DNA of 60,653 nucleotides, from positions 1 to 60,653 of the forward strand of contig JBKPAK010000070.1 in assembly GCA_046726415.1 (NCBI GenBank), read 5' to 3'. Positions 57,979 through 60,653 of the stretch are shown here, piece after piece. The position numbers were made by a program, and so were the translations under genes. This stretch comes from Candidatus Methylomirabilota bacterium. GTDB taxonomy: Bacteria; Methylomirabilota; Methylomirabilia; Rokubacteriales; CSP1-6. Every line of letters starts with the position of its first letter. Position 1 is the first letter of the stretch. Below the pieces are notes generated by a model, which saw only the letters and a list, made by a program, of their open reading frames with translations, ran no database searches and was not told the DNA's origin.

Positions 57979-59358
57979 GTGAACAGGGAATCCTCCCGAG
58001 CGCGCCGATCACCCGGCGCGGAGCCTCGTCGCGACTCGCCACCCGCTGGCGCGGCGCTGCTCGTCGTCGACAGCACGGTGCTCACCATGGCCCCGCCAGG
58101 CCAGGTGCTGGAGCACCAAGATCTCCTGGTCCTCGGGCCCCGCATCGCGGCCATCGGCCCGACCGGCTCGCTGAGCGAGCAGACGCCGCCCAGGACGAGG
58201 ACGCTCGACGGCCGCGGGCAACTCCTGATGCCCGGGCTCGTGAACGCGCACAACCACGCCGGGCTCGCGCTCTTCCGCGCCACCAGCGAGGCCGTGCGCC
58301 TCGAGCCGTGGCTGGCGTGGCTGGGACCTCTGCAACGCCGCCTCCGCCCCGACGACGTCCACTGGTCGACCCTGCTCGCGTGCGCCGAGCAGGTCCGGGC
58401 CGGCATCACGACCTTCGCGGACATGGCGTTCTTCGAGGAACACGCGGCCGCGGCCATCGCCGCCAGCGGGCTGCGCGCAGTGATCTCCCGCACGCTCATG
58501 GGAGCGGATCCGCTGGGCGGACACGCCGTGGATGAACCGAGACTCCTCGACGAGGCGGTGGCGTTCACGGAGCAATGGCACGGCGCCGCGGACGGGCGGC
58601 TCACGTGCCGGCTGGCGCCGCATTCGGTCTACGGCTGCCGGCCGAGCCTCCTGAGCGCGACCGCAGAGACCGCCGGCCGTCTCCGCGTCGGGATCCAGAC
58701 GCACTGCGCTGAGACCCGGCAGGAAGTCGCCGACTGTCTTACCCGGCACGGCGTGTCCCCTGCTCAGCTCCTGGCCGACACGGGGTGTCTCACGCGTCCG
58801 CTGCTGCTCGCCCACGCTGTGCACCTGAGCGATGAGGACATCTCGCTGCTGGACCGCTCGGGCGTCGGGCTGAGCCACAATCCCGGGAGCAACCTGAAGC
58901 TGCAGAGCGGCACCGCCCGGATCCCCGACCTCGTCGGGCGACAGCTCGCCGTCGGCCTCGGCACCGACAGCGCCGCCAGCAATGACGCGCAGGACCTCTG
59001 GAAGGAGCTCTATCTGGCCGCCGTTGTGCACGCGTGGCCCGAAGGGGCCAGGCCCGCGGGGCGAGTTCTCGAGATGGCCACGGTCGAGGGTGCCCGAGCC
59101 CTCGGGCTCGAGCGCGAGATCGGGAGCATCCAGGTGGGTAAGCGCGCCGACCTCATTCTGGTGGATCTCGCGGATCCTCGCTTCGCGCCCGGCAACGACC
59201 TCGAGCGTCACCTCGTCTATGCTGGGCGCGCGGCCGACGTGACCACCGCGGTCGTCGACGGGGAGGTCTTGATGGAACATCGCCGCCTGACCCGGCTCGA
59301 CACGGCAGCCATCGTCGCGGCGTCCCGCGCGCGAGCCCCGCGAATTCTCGGTCCATGA
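57979..59358 (+). CDS. MtaD/SsnA-type amidohydrolase (MTA/SAH deaminase-like)
   Basis: MPGLVNAHNH, APHSVY, THCAET..E, AHAVHL, SHNPGSNLKL.SG, LGTDSAASN, GKRADL. Confidence 0.88.
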   Translation: MNRESSRARRSPGAEPRRDSPPAGAALLVVDSTVLTMAPPGQVLEHQDLLVLGPRIAAIGPTGSLSEQTPPRTRTLDGRGQLLMPGLVNAHNHAGLALFRATSEAVRLEPWLAWLGPLQRRLRPDDVHWSTLLACAEQVRAGITTFADMAFFEEHAAAAIAASGLRAVISRTLMGADPLGGHAVDEPRLLDEAVAFTEQWHGAADGRLTCRLAPHSVYGCRPSLLSATAETAGRLRVGIQTHCAETRQEVADCLTRHGVSPAQLLADTGCLTRPLLLAHAVHLSDEDISLLDRSGVGLSHNPGSNLKLQSGTARIPDLVGRQLAVGLGTDSAASNDAQDLWKELYLAAVVHAWPEGARPAGRVLEMATVEGARALGLEREIGSIQVGKRADLILVDLADPRFAPGNDLERHLVYAGRAADVTTAVVDGEVLMEHRRLTRLDTAAIVAASRARAPRILGP

Positions 59359-59498
59359 GATTCCGTCCCCCGTCGGTCCTCGCCCCGTGAGACACTTTTC
59401 TCTGTCCGTCCCCGGTCCGTGAAATTCTGCTCTCCGTCAGGCCACACCTGAGCCTCTCCCTCTTTCGGCTCGGTGATTTCCGCTGCCTCAGCGCTGGG

Positions 59499-60650
59499 AT
59501 GGTCCTGAGCTCCGTCGGCATGATGGGTGAGACCGTTGTGCTGGGTTGGCTCGCGCTGGTGCTGACCGACTCACCATTCATGGTCGGCGTGGCGATGAGT
59601 GCGCGAGCGCTCCCGCTCTTCTTCCTGGGCGTGCCCGCCGGCGTGCTTGCTGATCGGTTTGCGCGTCATCGCCTCTTGATCGCGGCCGGCGTCGGACAGG
59701 CCGCGACCTCGGCAACCTTGGGCCTGCTCACGTTGCTCGGGCTGGCGAGCCTGGCCACCCTCGTCCTGCTGACGTTGGCGGCGGGGGCTCTCCGGGGGAT
59801 AGAGCACGCCGCGCGGCAAAGCTACGCGCACGACGTGGTCGGCGCCCCGTCGTTGATGCGGGGTCTGGCCGTGCTGGGGATCCTGATGCGCGCCGGATGG
59901 CTCCTGGGTTCGCTCGGGATCGGTGCCGTCATCGCTCACTGGGGCTCCGGCCCAGCGTATCTCGCCGTGGCCGCCTGCTATCTCGCGGGAGCTGCCGCGC
60001 TCCTTCCGGCCTCCGCTCCAGCGCCGACCGCTTCCGCAGGCGGCGACTCCCTGTGGCGGAGCATCGTTGGCTTCGGCGCGCTCCTTCGAAGGGACCGGAC
60101 TCTCCTCGTCCTCATGACGCTCACCGCCGCCGCCGAGATCCTCGGGTTCTCGCACCAGACCCTCCTTCCGAGCCTGGCCCGCGACATCCTCCGCATCGGG
60201 CCCGAAGGGCTCGGCGCGCTGAACGCCGCCCGGTCGCTGGGCGGGATCCTGGGCCTGTTGGCCGCCATGCGCGGCTTCGCGCGTAGCGGCGGGACGCTTT
60301 TCCTGTTGGTCCTCGTGTTCTTCGGCGCCAGCGTCGGCGGCCTGGGTCTGGCACCCCACGTGATGGGCCTCGCGGGTGTGCTCCTCGTTCTGGTCGCGGC
60401 CAACGCCGGGGGCGCGCTCGCGGACCTCCTCGCACAGAGCTTGCTGCAGCTTGGCGTGCCGGCGCATCTCCGGGGGCGGGCCGGCGGCGCCTGGGTGGTG
60501 GCAATCGGGCTAGCGCCGCTCGGGCAGCTCCAGATCGGCGGGCTCGCGTCACTCTTCGGTGTGAGCGTTGCCCTCGGAGCGAGCGGTCTCGCCCTCGCGG
60601 GGTTGGCGACCGCGACCGCGCTGCTGTTCCCGAGGTTGCGAAGGCTGTGA
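59499..60650 (+). CDS. MFS transporter (H+ antiporter-3/EntS-like); start uncertain
   Basis: GWL.L.LTDSP..VG, GVLADRF.R..L, VP.HLRGR..G; multiple TM segments. Confidence 0.85.
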   Translation: MVLSSVGMMGETVVLGWLALVLTDSPFMVGVAMSARALPLFFLGVPAGVLADRFARHRLLIAAGVGQAATSATLGLLTLLGLASLATLVLLTLAAGALRGIEHAARQSYAHDVVGAPSLMRGLAVLGILMRAGWLLGSLGIGAVIAHWGSGPAYLAVAACYLAGAAALLPASAPAPTASAGGDSLWRSIVGFGALLRRDRTLLVLMTLTAAAEILGFSHQTLLPSLARDILRIGPEGLGALNAARSLGGILGLLAAMRGFARSGGTLFLLVLVFFGASVGGLGLAPHVMGLAGVLLVLVAANAGGALADLLAQSLLQLGVPAHLRGRAGGAWVVAIGLAPLGQLQIGGLASLFGVSVALGASGLALAGLATATALLFPRLRRL

Positions 60651-60653
60651 CCT

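Overview
This is a high-GC bacterial chromosomal window with about 45 intact genes. Most encode catabolic or accessory enzymes: three luciferase-like (LLM) oxidoreductases, two enolase-superfamily racemases, two FAH-family proteins, several amidohydrolases, 2OG-Fe(II) dioxygenases, an HpaB-like monooxygenase, a CoxL/Xdh-like Mo subunit, and SBP/MFS/TAXI transporters. A few housekeeping genes are present (nth, purM, panE-like, MetE-like). Gene style and GC-rich intergenic palindromes resemble Candidatus Rokubacteria (Methylomirabilota); this is an unverified inference. I found no rRNA, tRNA, CRISPR array, intact transposase or transcription regulator. The best candidate for an undescribed system is a four-gene cluster at 37.0-42.1 kb: a PlcP/LpxH-like phosphoesterase, a GT4 glycosyltransferase, a class-III PLP aminotransferase fused to an Mpo1/DUF962-like His-motif membrane domain, and a phospholipid N-methyltransferase. 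It looks like phosphate-starvation lipid remodelling extended to make an unknown methylated amino-lipid. Other notable signals are a dispersed palindromic repeat with one copy inserted in frame in a membrane protein gene, a 532-aa four-repeat His-motif protein, and a TAXI-ExeA pair with an internally duplicated ATPase segment. The window also has many gene stubs, deletion-fusion chimeras and frameshifts, which may reflect real genome erosion or assembly/sequencing artefacts. All family assignments come from motif recognition by eye.
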